Assembly (NCBI GenBank): GCA_038087875.1
Contig: CM075988.1
Coordinates: 11,410,001 to 11,474,000, forward strand
Source: Malacoraja senta
Lineage: Eukaryota
DNA: 64,000 nucleotides
Direction: 5' to 3'
Shown: one piece after another, positions 13,215 to 25,683 of the stretch
Position numbering within the stretch: the stretch's first letter is position 1
Layout: the number at the start of each line of letters is the position of its first letter
Program-made: the position numbers and the translations under genes
Notes under the pieces: model-generated
Databases searched by the model: none
Told to the model about the DNA's origin: nothing
The model's input: the letters and a program-made list of their open reading frames with translations, nothing else

Positions 13215-13522
13215 AAAGTGGCAAAGTGGTAGAGTTGCTGTCTCACGGTGCCAGAGACTCAGGTTTGATCCTGACCATGGGTGCTGTCTGTACAGAGTTT
13301 GTACGTACTCCCCATGATCATGTGGGTTTTCTCCGGGTGCTCCGGTATCGTCCCATGTACTTCTTCAAAGACGTACAAGTCTGTAGGTTAATTAGCTTTG
13401 AAAAAATTTGTAAATTGTCCCTGGTGTGTTGGATAGTGTTAGTGTACGGGGTGATCGCTGGTTGGTGTGGACTCAGTGGGCCTTAGGGCCTGTTTCCCCA
13501 CCGTAACTTTCACTAAACTAAA
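13215..13522 (+). mobile_element. HE1/V-SINE-like copy
   Basis: gtggcaaagtggtagagttgctg head, V-domain gtgggttttctccgggtgctccgg, ctaaactaaa tail. Confidence 0.85.
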
Positions 13523-14141
13523 CCTTTGGTTCAATCATATAAATATTTGTTTCTTTGAGGAACAGCTCTCTGTTCAGAGTTTATGCAAACAATATTTTCT
13601 AATGACTTCTTGCTTGAAAATTATCAATTCAGCTTATGGAGACAATTAATAGCTACCAAATCAAGTGAAGAACAACCACCAGATTTAAACAAATGTTGCT
13701 TGGAATGTGCTTAGATATTTGGCTTCCAATATTGTAATCTCTGTTCTAGGCTTACATTTTAAACTGTGTACTCATTTTTCATTTAACATTTATCTGAAGA
13801 ATTATGTTCTTAATTCAAGACTGGTGCTTTCTCCATCTGGTTACATGTATATCATGTGCCATACATGTGGTTAGACCTGCTATACTTGAAGCTGAAGAGA
13901 TCCGTGGGCGTTTTTGTGGCAGATACATCCGTGGGTGTTTTTGTTGTAGATCTATTTAAAGCACTGACCAGAAGTTATGTAACGCATTCCTCCCGACACA
14001 TGGGTATTATATGCAACACATGACTCATTAAATTCCAGAGTGTGTTATACATATTGTGGGAGGGAATTCCTTGCAGCCAACAAAACAGAGTTTCCGGGAG
14101 CTTGGACCATATAATGCACTAGACGGCACAATCTCCAATGA

Positions 14142-14173
<32 letters not shown>

Positions 14174-15015
14174 ATTTTATTTATATAGCGTTTTTCAGGA
14201 CTCAAAGTCGCTTTACATTGAGAGTCAAAAAAACAAAACAAAATAGAGCAGTAAGACAGAGATGCAAAGGGGAGGGGGACATGGGACTAAGGGTATGCAG
14301 AGGTGAAGAGATGGGTCTTGAGGCGGGACTGGAAGATGGTGAGGGACTCAGAATTTCGGATCAGTTGTGGGAGGGAATTCCAGAGCCTGGGAGCTGCCCT
14401 GGAGAAGGCTCTGCCTCCAAAAGTGCAGAGGTTTGATTTCGGAGTGGAGAGGAGACCAGCTGATGTGGATCTGAGGGACCGTGAGGGTTGGTAGGGGGAG
14501 AGGAGGTCAGTGAGATAAGGGGGGGTCCAAGTGGTTGAGGGCTTTGTAGGTGAGGACCAGGATTTTGTAAATGATCCGGTGGGAAATGGGAAGCCAGTGA
14601 AGTTCTTTGAGAACTGGGGTGATGTGGTGCTAGGATTTGGTGTGGGTAATGAGTCGGGCAGCAGCGTTCTGGACCAGTTGGAGTCGGTTGATGTTGCTGG
14701 AAATTATGCCAAAGAGAAGAGAGTTACAGTAGTCCAGTCGGGAGGAGATGAAGGCATGGATGAGTCTTTCAGCAGCGGGGGGTGTGAGAGAGGATCTAAT
14801 TTTGGCAATGTTGCGGAGGTGAAAAAATGATGTTTTGACAACATGACGGATGTGAGGCTCAAGGGAGAGGGTTGAGTCAAAGATCACGCCAAGGTTGCGG
14901 GCCTGAGGAGATGGGGAGACAGTGGTGCCGTCAATAGTGAGAGTGGGGTTGTTAATTTTAGTGAGTGTTGATTTTGAGCCAATGAGGAGAAATTCTGTTT
15001 TGTTACTGTTTAATT
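14142..15015 (-). mobile_element. L2-clade LINE, 5'-truncated
   Basis: ORF 14630-15022 (LNSNKTEFLLIG...ARNLGVIFDSTLS...SRLDYCNSLL...LQLVQNAAARL) continues past a TAG as HITPVLKELHWLP...APRLWNSLP. (TTA)n tail at 14142-14171. Confidence 0.9.
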
Positions 15016-15619
15016 GAGTCAAGAACAGCTGATGCTTCTGCTATGATTCACTTTCTTGGGATTTTCTTTTGGCAATCCTTAAGATTATTAGTCAGGGAAG
15101 TCGAAAGTGTGACAGTAGCAGGATGACATTTGTTTTTAACAAGAGCACCAATTGCTGATGTTAGAAAAGTAAGAGCAATTAATTTGTGTCAAATTTCAAT
15201 TAGCTGCAGCTCAGCTCTTTCATAATGAAATATGTATTTTCACTTCTTGAATTATTAGTAGCTAACGAAATAAAACTTTTAAGTCAATAAACCATAGTCA
15301 GGAGTGGTGCAGTAACAGTTTGATAAGGCTCACAATGTCAATTCATTTTAGAGAGGGTGAACAGCTGGTAGGATGTGGGCAGTAGATCGCACTATATTGC
15401 AAACTGGTCTCCATTCACCTTCAGTCAGACTGGATGGTTGCTGAGGCACCACAGTTTGTCTCATGCTTCTGCTTAATGGATGGCATTACTAACATTAATC
15501 AAGTTATGTCCTTGTGCTGAGTATTGTTTGTCACAGGGCACGGGCCCACTGTGTGATGCCTGCTGGCAGATATTTAATGTACAAGCTCACCAATGGACCA
15601 AAGAGGGCAGCAAGGAGAC

Positions 15620-16545
15620 ACAGCAACTGCAGATGCCAGAATCTCGAGCAAAACGCAAAGTGCTGGAGGAACTCAGTGGATCAGGCAGTATCTGTGGCAG
15701 GAATGGACAGATGGTGTTTCGGGCAGGGACTCTTGTTCAGGCTGAAGGAATGGGGTAGAGAAGCTGCTATGGAGGTCAGATGGAGGGGTGGGGTAAAACT
15801 GGCAAATGATAGTTGGGAAGACCTATCTTTCCTGAAGAAGGGTCCTGACCAGAATCATCACCTATCCATGTTCTCCAGAGATGCCTCCTGACCCGCTGAG
15901 TTGTACAGGGCGCCAGTGAGACGACACCTGCAGTATTGTGTGCAGTTTTTGTCTCCAAATTTGAGGAAGGACATTCTTGCTATTGAGGGAGTGCAGCGTA
16001 GGTTCACAAGGTTAATTCCCGGCATGGTGGGACTGTCATATGTTGAGAGAATGGAACGGCTGGGCTTATGTACTCTGGAATTTAGAAGGATGAGAGGGCA
16101 TCTTAGTGAAACATATAAGATTATTAAGGGTTTGGACACGCTAGAGGCAGGAAACATGTTCCCGATGTTGGGGGAGTCCAGAACCAGGGGCCACAGTTTA
16201 AGAATAAGCAGTAAGCCATTTAGAACAGAGATGAGGAAACACCTTTTCATACAGAGAGTTGTGAGTCTGTGGAATTCTCTGCCTCAGAGGGCGGTGGAGG
16301 CCGGTTCTCTGGATACTTTCAAGAGAGAGCTAGATCGGGCTCTTAAAGATAGCGGAGTTAGGGGATATGGGGAGAAGGCAGGAATGGGGTACTGATTGTG
16401 GATGATCAGCCATGATCACATTGAATGGTGGAGCTGGCTCGAAGGGCCGAATGGCCTACACCTGCACCTATTGTCTATTGTCTATTGTTACTCCAGCATT
16501 TTGTGTCTTTCTTTGATAAACCAGCATCTGCAGTTCCTTGTTATT
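15620..16545. mobile_element. Inverted Penelope pLTR pair split by a CR1 insertion
   Basis: Host sequence acccgctgag (to 15900) resumes as ttactccagcattttgtgtc at 16488. Confidence 0.75.
15901..16487 (+). mobile_element. CR1 LINE 3' fragment
   Basis: ORF 15901-16395 (LQYCVQFLSP...RFTRLIPG...RTRGHSLRI...VVSLWNSLP); 3' tail (ctattgt)n. Confidence 0.92.
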
Positions 16546-17329
16546 ACATAAGTGATACGTGGACTCGGGTGAGGAGGGGTAATTGGCAGATGGGTGGAAA
16601 TAGTAACAAAAGCTTGAGGTGAGATGAAGGCCAAAGGCTCTAGCTGTGGAAACAGAGGGGAAGGATGAGGAGGAGTGAAATATAAAAATGGAAGGAGGGG
16701 TAGTGGGTGGAATGGATCAGGAGGAAAAGGGAGGAATTAAAGGAAAAATGAGGGACACAGAATTTCCTCCCACATCCCAAAGACGTACGAGTTTGTGAGT
16801 TAATTGGCTTCTGTAAAATTGGCCCTAGTGTGTGGGGAATTGAAGGTAAGTGGGATAACATATAACTAATGTGAATGCATGATCTGTGGTTGTTGTGGAC
16901 TAGGTGGGCCGACATTGAAGTTCTTCCTAGCAACATCTCAGAAATGGGTTTAAATTGCGAGTTGGAAGTGAGGGAGGATCTTAGGAGAATGGACGAGTGG
17001 GATTGAGCACGTTGTTGGAGCTGCATACAGACAAGTTTCAGTCCCCAGAGACCTCAACCCAGGCCCTGCAATGAAGTCGTGTGAGAGATTGCTTTTACTT
17101 TATCACCATTCTCTTGATTTCATTTATGAGAGGAAGGATCCATAAAATGAGAAAATACATGGATCAGTCTGAAGAACGGTCTCGACACGAAACAACACCA
17201 ATTCCATTGCTCCATAGATGCTGCCTCACCCGCTGAGTGTCTCCAGCATTTTTGTCTACCTTTGAAATACCACATGGAACTCTTTTTCTAAAGCAGGTGG
17301 CATTTGAAAAATGGGAATATTCAGGTCAA

Positions 17330-17820
17330 TTAGGTTAACGTTCGTCTTGGGAAAAAGGTTGGATGTTATTATAAAATATGTATTAAAATGATGCTTGACA
17401 GAATTTAAGGTAAATGGGCAATGTCGACATGGCTTTGTGTAAGAGAAATTATGGCTGACCAATATTTTACTGTTCTTTGAAGAAATAATATATTCAGTGC
17501 ATATTAGAGAACGGGCGAATGTAATATACTTAGATATAAAGAAACATTTGATAAGGTGGACATCAAAGGTTATTGCAGAAAATCAAAGCTCATCGTTTGT
17601 GCAGTAACACGCTGGCGTTGCTGAAGAATGGCTGGCCAGCAGGGAGGAGGGTAGCTATAATGGGTCTTTTTTATTCTGTTTGGGAAGATGTCACAAGTGG
17701 TGTGCCACTGGGGATAAATCCTGGGCCTTAACTTTATATAATAAATGTGAATAAGCTGGATGAAGGGAACAAAGATTCTGTTGCTAAATTTGCTGATGAC
17801 ACATAGGTAGGTGGACAGCT
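17330..17820 (+). mobile_element. Old CR1 RT-domain remnant
   Basis: Decayed HGF...LTN..., FDKV, GVP.G..LGP and KFADDT motifs (aaatttgctgatgacac). Confidence 0.6.
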
Positions 17821-18164
17821 GTCTTTGTGTACTTTTGACAGCTACCTGGTTGTGAAGAAAACATAAAGAACGAAGAAAAAAGGCATAACATGTAGGAAGG
17901 AACTGCAGATGCTGGTTTACACTGAAGATAGAAACACAATGCTGGAGTAACTCAGCGGGTGCCTTGGCTATCATAAGTCAAAGTGCTCACTGCTATTTGT
18001 CTTTCATTGGGATTGCTAATGTCCACTTTTGGGATTCATTTGCCAGATGTAACACCTGAGCAACTGTTTAATGTTGCAAATCAAATCAGTGCACTTAAAG
18101 CCAGCAGGTCTAATCAGGACCTCTTCCTGTCCTTAAATGTCCCTGTCCTTGGATCTATCCTCAA

Positions 18165-18480
18165 ATGGAACCTTTCAACTATCTCAAGGTACGTCCCGAG
18201 TGTGATTGAGTACTATCCACTGACCTGGATGAGCACAGCTCCAATAACTCAAGATGCCTTGCACCATCCAAGCAAAGTAGCCCTCTTGGTGGCACTCCAT
18301 CCATCATCCTATGCATTCATTGCCTCCCCCAATGTGCAACACACAAAGTGCATTGCAGTTGCTTACCCAGGGTACTCTGACAGCACCTCTCAAATCCGCA
18401 AACTATCCGTGAACCATCAAGAAGATTAAAGGGAGCAGGTGCAGTGCATAACCCATTGCCTGAAAACTCCCCCACATGTG
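18165..18480 (+). mobile_element. Ancient LINE RT C-terminal remnant
   Basis: LSTISRYVPSVIEYYPLTWMSTAP resembles the LINE motif TIYKAQVRSVMEYxPLAW. Confidence 0.5.
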
Positions 18481-18494
18481 GAAACTTCCTCCAG

Positions 18495-18795
18495 AGGCCA
18501 AAGCCTCAGAACAAAAGGGCGTACTTTTAGAGAGGAGATGAGGAGGGATTTCTTTAATCAGTGAGTAGTGAATCTGTAGAATTCATTGCCACAGAAGGCT
18601 GTGGAGGCCAGGACAATGGATATTTTTAAGGCAGAAATTGATAGATTCTTGATTAGTATGAGGTGTCAAGGGTTATGGGGAGAAGGCAGGAGAATGGGGT
18701 TGAGAGGGAAAGATAGATCGGTCATGATTGAATGGCGGAGTAGACTCGATTGGTTGAAAGGCCTAATTCTGCTCCTATAACTCATGAAGTTATGA
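18495..18795 (+). mobile_element. CR1 LINE 3' end
   Basis: Translates PQKAVEARTMDIFKAEIDRFL, followed by a CR1 3' UTR. Confidence 0.8.
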
Positions 18796-19046
18796 ACTTC
18801 CTTTTTAACAACACAAAAGGAATAAGTTCACTCGAATGACTGTAGCCATTCAAAAAGTCAGATCAACACCACCACCACTCCAATTATGGATAGGCAATAA
18901 CTTTGGCTTTGACAACAACACCCAGGAGGAACAAACAGAAACTGCTGCCAAGAAATGTCAGTGTGATCAAATGGATGTGCTGTTGGTCAAAGTTGTGGCA
19001 TGCATGCTCCTGAAATAAGCAGTACCGGGCAATCTAAATAATCTAA

Positions 19047-20536
19047 TCTATCTATGTATATATTACTACAACTCTCATCTTGTTTATTTGTATGCGTGCA
19101 TGTGTGTGTGTGAGATCCTGGAACCCCGCCAAAACGGTACATGAAGCACTACAATATTTGGCCCACCTTACTCACCATTGTCCTGGGATGTGCAGTATCA
19201 AGTTTTGTTTGGATTGATGTTATATTTTACAAGTTATTGACATTTTAAACTTTACAAAAACCACTATTCCACTTGCCCTGCCCGTCAGCCACGTTCTACG
19301 TCACAACAACGTCACAATGGGATCCCAATGGGTCCACCCCCTGCAAAGATTGCCCGCCGCCATCTTGCAATCGACTTTCCTATCGCAATGTTTTATTTTT
19401 CTCACAACGGGGACCCAAAGGCTCCACGGGTAAGTTTCCTTCTACTTTACAAACGCCTCCATGGGTACTCTATTCACTTTACTAACTTTAACTTAATTTC
19501 AGCCATCAACGGCACAACTTTGAACTTGGCAGCCGTGCATGCGCAGTTTGGTGGAATATTGCATTGGGGGAGTGGGCTCAACGGGTCCGCATTTGGTCTA
19601 GTATATATTACTTGTTTGTTTGTAGGCGAGCGTACGTGCGTGTGCATGAGATCCTGAAACCCCGCCAAAACTGTACAAGATAGCGCTAGAAATTTTGGCC
19701 CACCTTACTCACCATTTTCCTGGGATGTAAATGAAACAAGTATTGTTTGGATTGATATTATATTTTACAAGTCATTGACATTTTAAACTTTACAAAAATC
19801 ACTTTTCAAACCACATTTCCACATGCCCTGCCCATCAGCCGTGTCGACGTCACAATGACGTCACAATGGGATCCCGAATCTAATTTACATAAAAACTCAG
19901 TTTTAATCAATTCTTCATTCTTCATTAACAGCTAACATTGTGTTTAGCGTATTTCAAAGAAAAACGCGATTTTCATTTTAATTTTAAAAAATCAAAATTT
20001 TCATTGTGGGGTGGGATAGGGGGGAGGTGAGGAGTAGGGGGATAGAGGGAGAGGAGGGTGTAGGGAGGGGAAAGGGAGGGAATAGTGGGAGAAGTGAGGA
20101 GGGAATAGTGGGAGAAGTGAGGAGGGAGAATGGGGGGAGGGGAATAGAGGGAGAGGAGGGGGGAGTGGGGGAGGTAGGGAGTGGGGGATAGAGGGAGAGG
20201 AGGGTAGTGTGGGAGGTGAGGAGGGAGAGTGGGGGAGTGGGATAGGGGGAGGTGAGGAGTAGGGGAGCAGGAAGATAGAGGCAGAGGAGGGGGTAGGGAG
20301 GAATTATGGAGGGAGGAAGGGAGTGACTGAGGGTAGGGGAAAGGAGAGGGAGGGAGAAGTGAGAAAGTGAGTGGGGGAGGGGAGGAGGAGAGGAGAAAGG
20401 TGAGGGCGTGAAGAGGAAGGGGAGGAAGGGGACGACGTGCTGGGGATGAGGGGGAATAGAGGAGGATAGGGGCAGGATTTATACACGTTATTAAAACTTA
20501 ATGCAACAACCTGGTTTGTGCTTTACATACTCCTAG
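19047..20536 (+). mobile_element. Head-to-tail non-autonomous Helitron-like units
   Basis: A|TCTATCTAT..ATATTACTACAACTCTCATCTTG 5' end. Imperfect hairpin gggctc-aac-gggtcc plus CTAG|T at 19598-19601. Unit 2 repeats ~19060-19330 at ~19602-19875. The right boundary (CTAG 20533-20536) is tentative. Confidence 0.7.
20005..20475 (+). repeat. G/A-rich low-complexity tract
   Basis: Almost purely purine plus strand with many GGG(G) runs. Confidence 0.9.
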
Positions 20537-23414
20537 TTAAGCCATATTTTTGTCCCCTGATTGCTAATGTTAATTCCTGAGTTTGGTTCATAAATTGTGG
20601 CAAGGGATTTAAATAAAGAGGGAAGGGGACGTATAAATTCTTAAATAGAAGTAATTCCTTCCCTTGCCACAGCCCAACTATTTCCACTGAAGTTCAACGA
20701 TAATGTTCACCCAAGTAAATCCACGTCTTCTGATAACAATGAGCACCATCTTGTGACTAAAGAGAGGAACTGCATGTTCAGAGAAACCTTTATTCTGTGC
20801 AAAACTGGCCCTTTAGTATATTAGAAGGCAAGGTAGAGATTATATTACAAGAATTTCCAAGTGTCGTTGGAATTTAGTACTGAAGTCCATCAACCATGTG
20901 GATTGCATTCACTATTTTCTTATCCTGGTATTTCCTGCATTATTTTCAAAAGCATGCCAAGCAACTGAAAATTATCTAAAAAACAAAATGTCTTGTATGA
21001 AAGCAAAGCATGGCAAATGGAAGCTGTCCACCCTTAAGCATCTATGGAATATTCGCTTAGATGTAGGGTATGTACTGGGATGCTTACTCTTCTTGCAATG
21101 GTACTCATTTGCTTATGACCTGTTCCTTGCCATGCAACAGATTTCTCGATGACATCATTTGAATGCCCACTGTTCGAGGCCTTGATCACAAGAGATTAGA
21201 GATCAGAAGAGGAGACAATCTACTCAGCTCACTTGGCAGGATTGGCTCTTCTCAGACTGACTTTTCCAGGCAATGTTCATGGATTGCATCTACTCACTAT
21301 GTATTGAGTCCCAGCCGACACGAGCATCAGTGATTTAAGAGCAGTATCCTAATTTTGGATCTTAAAGCAGTATTGTTGATTTGTAAGAAAATAAGAGCAT
21401 CGATAATATCTGCAGAACCCATCAATAGACCCATCAAATTGAAGTTCCTAATTCTGTCGTATGATTATAAACAAATTTCTATTAGAGACAGAATTGGGAG
21501 AAATATAGCTATTACAGACTTTCTTCTGCGGTATTAAATTTGCTTGCATGCTCAGTGACACGACCTTGGTTGAAATAATAGAAGCATTCTTCAATTTCAT
21601 TGGCCAATATTTTTAACTGACCAACATAATTCACCTGTCAGAGATGCCTAAATTAGCTGTTGTGTTTCCCTGCGATACAAGAATAAATTCAAAGATAAAT
21701 TAATTTGGCCGAATCTCTGGAACCTAGAGATCTTGAAAGATACATTTCTTAACTGTTTCTTTCTTCACTGTAAGTGTAAACAGGTCATTACTGTTTACTG
21801 AGGGATCTCATCTCAGATCAACCTTGTTCTATTCTGGCAAAATTGTATGTGGATTAACAAGGTTCATTTTAATCATAGCATGTTCACTCAAGTTAATTGT
21901 AACCTTGCAATGCCTCCCAAACCTGTGATCAGCCAGCTCCAGAGCAAGAAGCTTAAATCATTTCAATAGATGCTTCGGCACATCATGGACAAGTCCCTTT
22001 ATTCCATGACTGTGTTTCCATGGGTTTTGAAAAATTAGTTTGTTTTTCAATATTGCTTGTGACAGATGGAACTAGGTAATCAGGTCATATGGGAATTTTA
22101 TACCTTGGAACAAAAATCACATATCTCAATTGTATCAATAAATTTCAAAATTTCTGCAAGCTATTGTAAAAGATCAGATCAAAATGTCAGGTCACGCACA
22201 ATCTACTTCCTTTTATCGTTTTTGATTTTTAAATATAATGAAATAGGTGAGAATAAAACCTCTAGTTTTCAATGAATCATTCCATTCATTATATTGGGCC
22301 ATTTTCAGGACAGAAGTAGCTTTAGCGTGTTCTGTATTTCTGTTGCCCACTTGAACTTAAAAGTAGATCTAAAAAGACATAACGGTCAAATAAACTGAGA
22401 ATGACATTCTTAGCAATGTCTTTAAACTGTATTTAACTATCCGTGTAAATATCCGTGTAAACTAAAATAATGAACTATCCGCACACAACGTGAAATCTTC
22501 ACCATTTAGATTGATTATTTCGAGGTTTGGTTTGGTAAAGATATTCTGTTCCTCTCACAAAACTTTGTTTTTCCTCTGTTGGAGTGATGGTTTATTGTTG
22601 ATTTGAAAACAATCTTTGTCCTTGTATTACCTTGCATTACAGCGTGGTGGAGAGGCTGCTTCATAGCTCCAGTGAACTCAATTCAATTTTGAGCTCCAAT
22701 TCCATCTGTGTGGACATTCTTCCCGTGACCACAAAATGGATTTTCTCTGGGTGCTCTGGTTTTCTCTTACACTGAATTAACACTTAGAATTAAAAGACGT
22801 TTTTTTACGAAGGAGATTGGGAGGAATTTCTTCAGTCAGATAGTGGTAAATCTGTGGAATTCTTTTTCAAAGAAGGGCAATGTATTAGCCATTAAGGATA
22901 CACGTGCTCATAGTTCATTGTTATTGCTGCAGTTTGTGTTATATTGTCCAGTGTGGAAACAATTGCACAGATAACCCTTTAGAAGATGATTTTGACATGT
23001 TGATCCTTTATATTTGTATTTGTAATTATTGAATTGACATTGACCTTAAATTCATGTTCAAAATACAAATTCATTCTCGTTAAAATGATACGAGAATAAC
23101 CTGTAGAGATTAGGATGCATATTAAGAGCCGTTCCAGTGGATTTGTGGTTAATTTGTGGTTATTTGTGGTTTTGGAGCTGAACTCTGTTCTTCCACTTAT
23201 TTCCCCTGTGTGCTTGAACTGAGTTGATCTCAGCCAGCCAATAATTGGTGGTGAAGTTGGTTTTGGTGTCAATGAACCAGAACAGATCCTGATGGTACTA
23301 AGCATGACAAAAATGCTGGATATGAGCAACATTCGTTTTGACTGTTGTGGGCCATATTGTTGGCATCGTTATACAAAACATCACAAACAGCCCCTCAAGC
23401 AAGGAATGGACTGT

Positions 23415-23651
23415 AGGTACACAAAAATGCTGGAGAAACTCAGCGGGTGCAGCAGCATCTATGGAGCGAAGGAAATAGGTAACGTTTCGGGCCGAAACCC
23501 TTCTTCAGACTGCTGCACCTCAGTCTGAAGAAGGGTTTCGGCCCGAAACGTTACCTATTTCCTTCGCTCCATAGATGCTGCTGCACCCGCTGAGTTTCTC
23601 CAGCATTTTTGTGTACCTTCGATTTTCCAGCATCTGCAGTTCCTTCTTTAA
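23415..23651. mobile_element. Young Penelope insertion: perfect inverted pLTR pair plus 3' tail, 15-bp TSD
   Basis: Arms 23415-23512 and 23521-23618 are exact reverse complements (98 bp). Tail 23619-23651. TSD caaggaatggactgt at 23400-23414 and 23652-23666. Confidence 0.92.
23525..23552 (+). ncRNA. Minimal hammerhead motif (mirror copy on minus strand at 23481-23508)
   Basis: CTGAAGA-A-GGGT(TTCG)GCCC-GAAA-CG-TT. Confidence 0.6.
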
Positions 23652-23980
23652 CAAGGAATGGACTGTGTTCTGTGTCTAATGAGTCAATTTGTTTGGAAAG
23701 GACCTGGAGAAGACTGGAAAGAGGGAGAAAAAACTCAAACATGTAAGGGTTCCCAAACATCCCATCATTTTGCAACTGGCTAGAAATTCACTCTTCATTG
23801 TATGCACTAAATAGATAATTAAATGCTACAGAAATGTGATTGAAGTCAATGCCATCAAATGAAAGAAGTCCTTTTCATGCACAAATGTTACAGAATTGTG
23901 TGCCTAGTATATTCAATGGACAATAGGTTGCTATGCTAGCAACCAACCATGTTTTACATAGCAATACCCCTCAACTATCT

Positions 23981-25430
23981 TTGTGGAATGGAGGATAGCT
24001 AATGTTATCCCACTTTTCAAGAAAGGGGTGAGAGAGAAAACAGGGAATTACAGACCAGTTAGCCTGACTTCGGTGGTGGGAAAGATGCTGGAGTCAATTA
24101 TTAAAGAGGTAATAATGGGGCATTTGGATAGCAGTAAAAGGATTAGTCCGTGAACATGGATTTATGAAAGGGAAATCATGCTTGACTAATCTTCTGGAAT
24201 TTTTTGAGGATGTGACAATTAAAATGGATGAAGGGGTGCCAGTGGATGTAGTGTATTTAGACTTTCAGAAAGCCTTTGATAAGGTCCCGCACGGGAGACT
24301 GGTGACTAAAATTAGAGCACATGGTATAGGGGGTAGGGTGTTGACGTGGATAGAAAATTGGTTGGCAGACCGGAAGAAAAGTGTAGGAGTGAACGGGTTC
24401 TTTTCAGAATGGCAGGCAGTGGCAAGTGGAGTGCCGCAAGGCTCGGTGTTGGGGCCGCAACTGTTTACAATGTATATTAATGATTTGTAAGAGGGAATTA
24501 GGAGCAACACTATCAAGTTTGCAGATGACACAAAGCTGGGTGGAAGTGTGAACTGTGAAGAGGATGTTAGGAGGTTGCAGGGTGCCCTGGACAGGTTGAG
24601 CGAGTGGGCAGATGCGTGGCAGATGCAGTATAATATAGATAAATGTGAGATTATCAACTTTGGCAGCAAAAACAAGGAGGCAGATTATTATCTCAATGGG
24701 GTTAGGTTAGGTAAGGGGGAGGTGCAGCGAGACCTGGGCGTCACTGAAAGTTGGCTTACAAGTACAGCAGGCAGTGAAGAAAGCTAATGGAATGTTGGCC
24801 TTCATAACAAGAGGATTTCAGTATAGGAGTAAAGAGGTTCTTCTGCAGTTGTATAGGGCTCTGGTGAGACCACATCTGGAGTATTGTGTACAGTTTTGGA
24901 AGGAATTTGAGGAAGGACATCCTTGTGATTGAGGCAGTGCAGGGTAGGTTCACGAGATTGATCCCGGGGCTGTCATATGAGGAAAGATTGAAAAGACTAG
25001 GCTTGTATTCACTGGAGTTTAGGATGAGGGGGGGTCTTATAGAAACATATAAAATTATAAAAGGACTGGACAAACTAGATGCAGGAAAAATGTTCCCAAT
25101 GTTGGGCGAGTCCAGAACCAGGGGCCACAGTCTTAGAATAAAGGGGAGGTCATTTAAGACTGAGGTGAGAAAAAACGTTTTCACCCAGAGAGTTGTGAAT
25201 TTATGGAATTCCCTGCCACAGAGGGCAGTGGAGGCCAAATCACTGGATGGATTTAAGAGAGAGTTAGATAGAGCTCTTGGTGCTAGTGGAGTCAAGGGAT
25301 ATGGGGAGAAGGCAGGCACGGGTTATTGATAGGGGACGATCAGCCATGATCATAATGAATGGCGGTGCTGGCTCGAAGGGCCGAATGGCCTCCTCCTGCA
25401 CCTATTTTCTATGTTTCTATGTTTCTATGT
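23981..25430 (+). mobile_element. CR1 LINE, 5'-truncated, disrupted RT
   Basis: Motifs NYRPVSLTS, KSCLTNLLEFF, YLDFQKAFDKVPH, GVPQGSVLGP and KFADDTK with a stop and frameshifts; (tttctatg)3 tail. Confidence 0.95.
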
Positions 25431-25683
25431 AACTACATGTCATGAATTGGTAAAATATTTCTTTTGATTTTGATATTTTAAGAAGAAAAACTCTACAGAC
25501 TATTTAAAGACTATTGCTTTCTCCTGATGTTCTTCTTCCTGTTAAGAATTTACAGTCCAACAGTCCAACAAAAGTTGCTGCACTGATAATCCAGCATTCC
25601 CTCAATACTGTGTTGTACAATCATCTTTGTTTATCGAGTCAATGAACCATACAATGTGGAACACGTCTTTCAACTCTGAACAC

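Noticed and set aside
13898..13950. ~27-bp tandem duplication (atccgtggg.gtttttgt)
   Set aside because: Two diverged copies only; ordinary slippage.
23415..23618. DNA-transposon MITE or miRNA hairpin
   Set aside because: The arms match the 3' end of GIY-YIG Penelope fragments (9245-9578) and carry an asymmetric tail, so this is a retroelement inversion.
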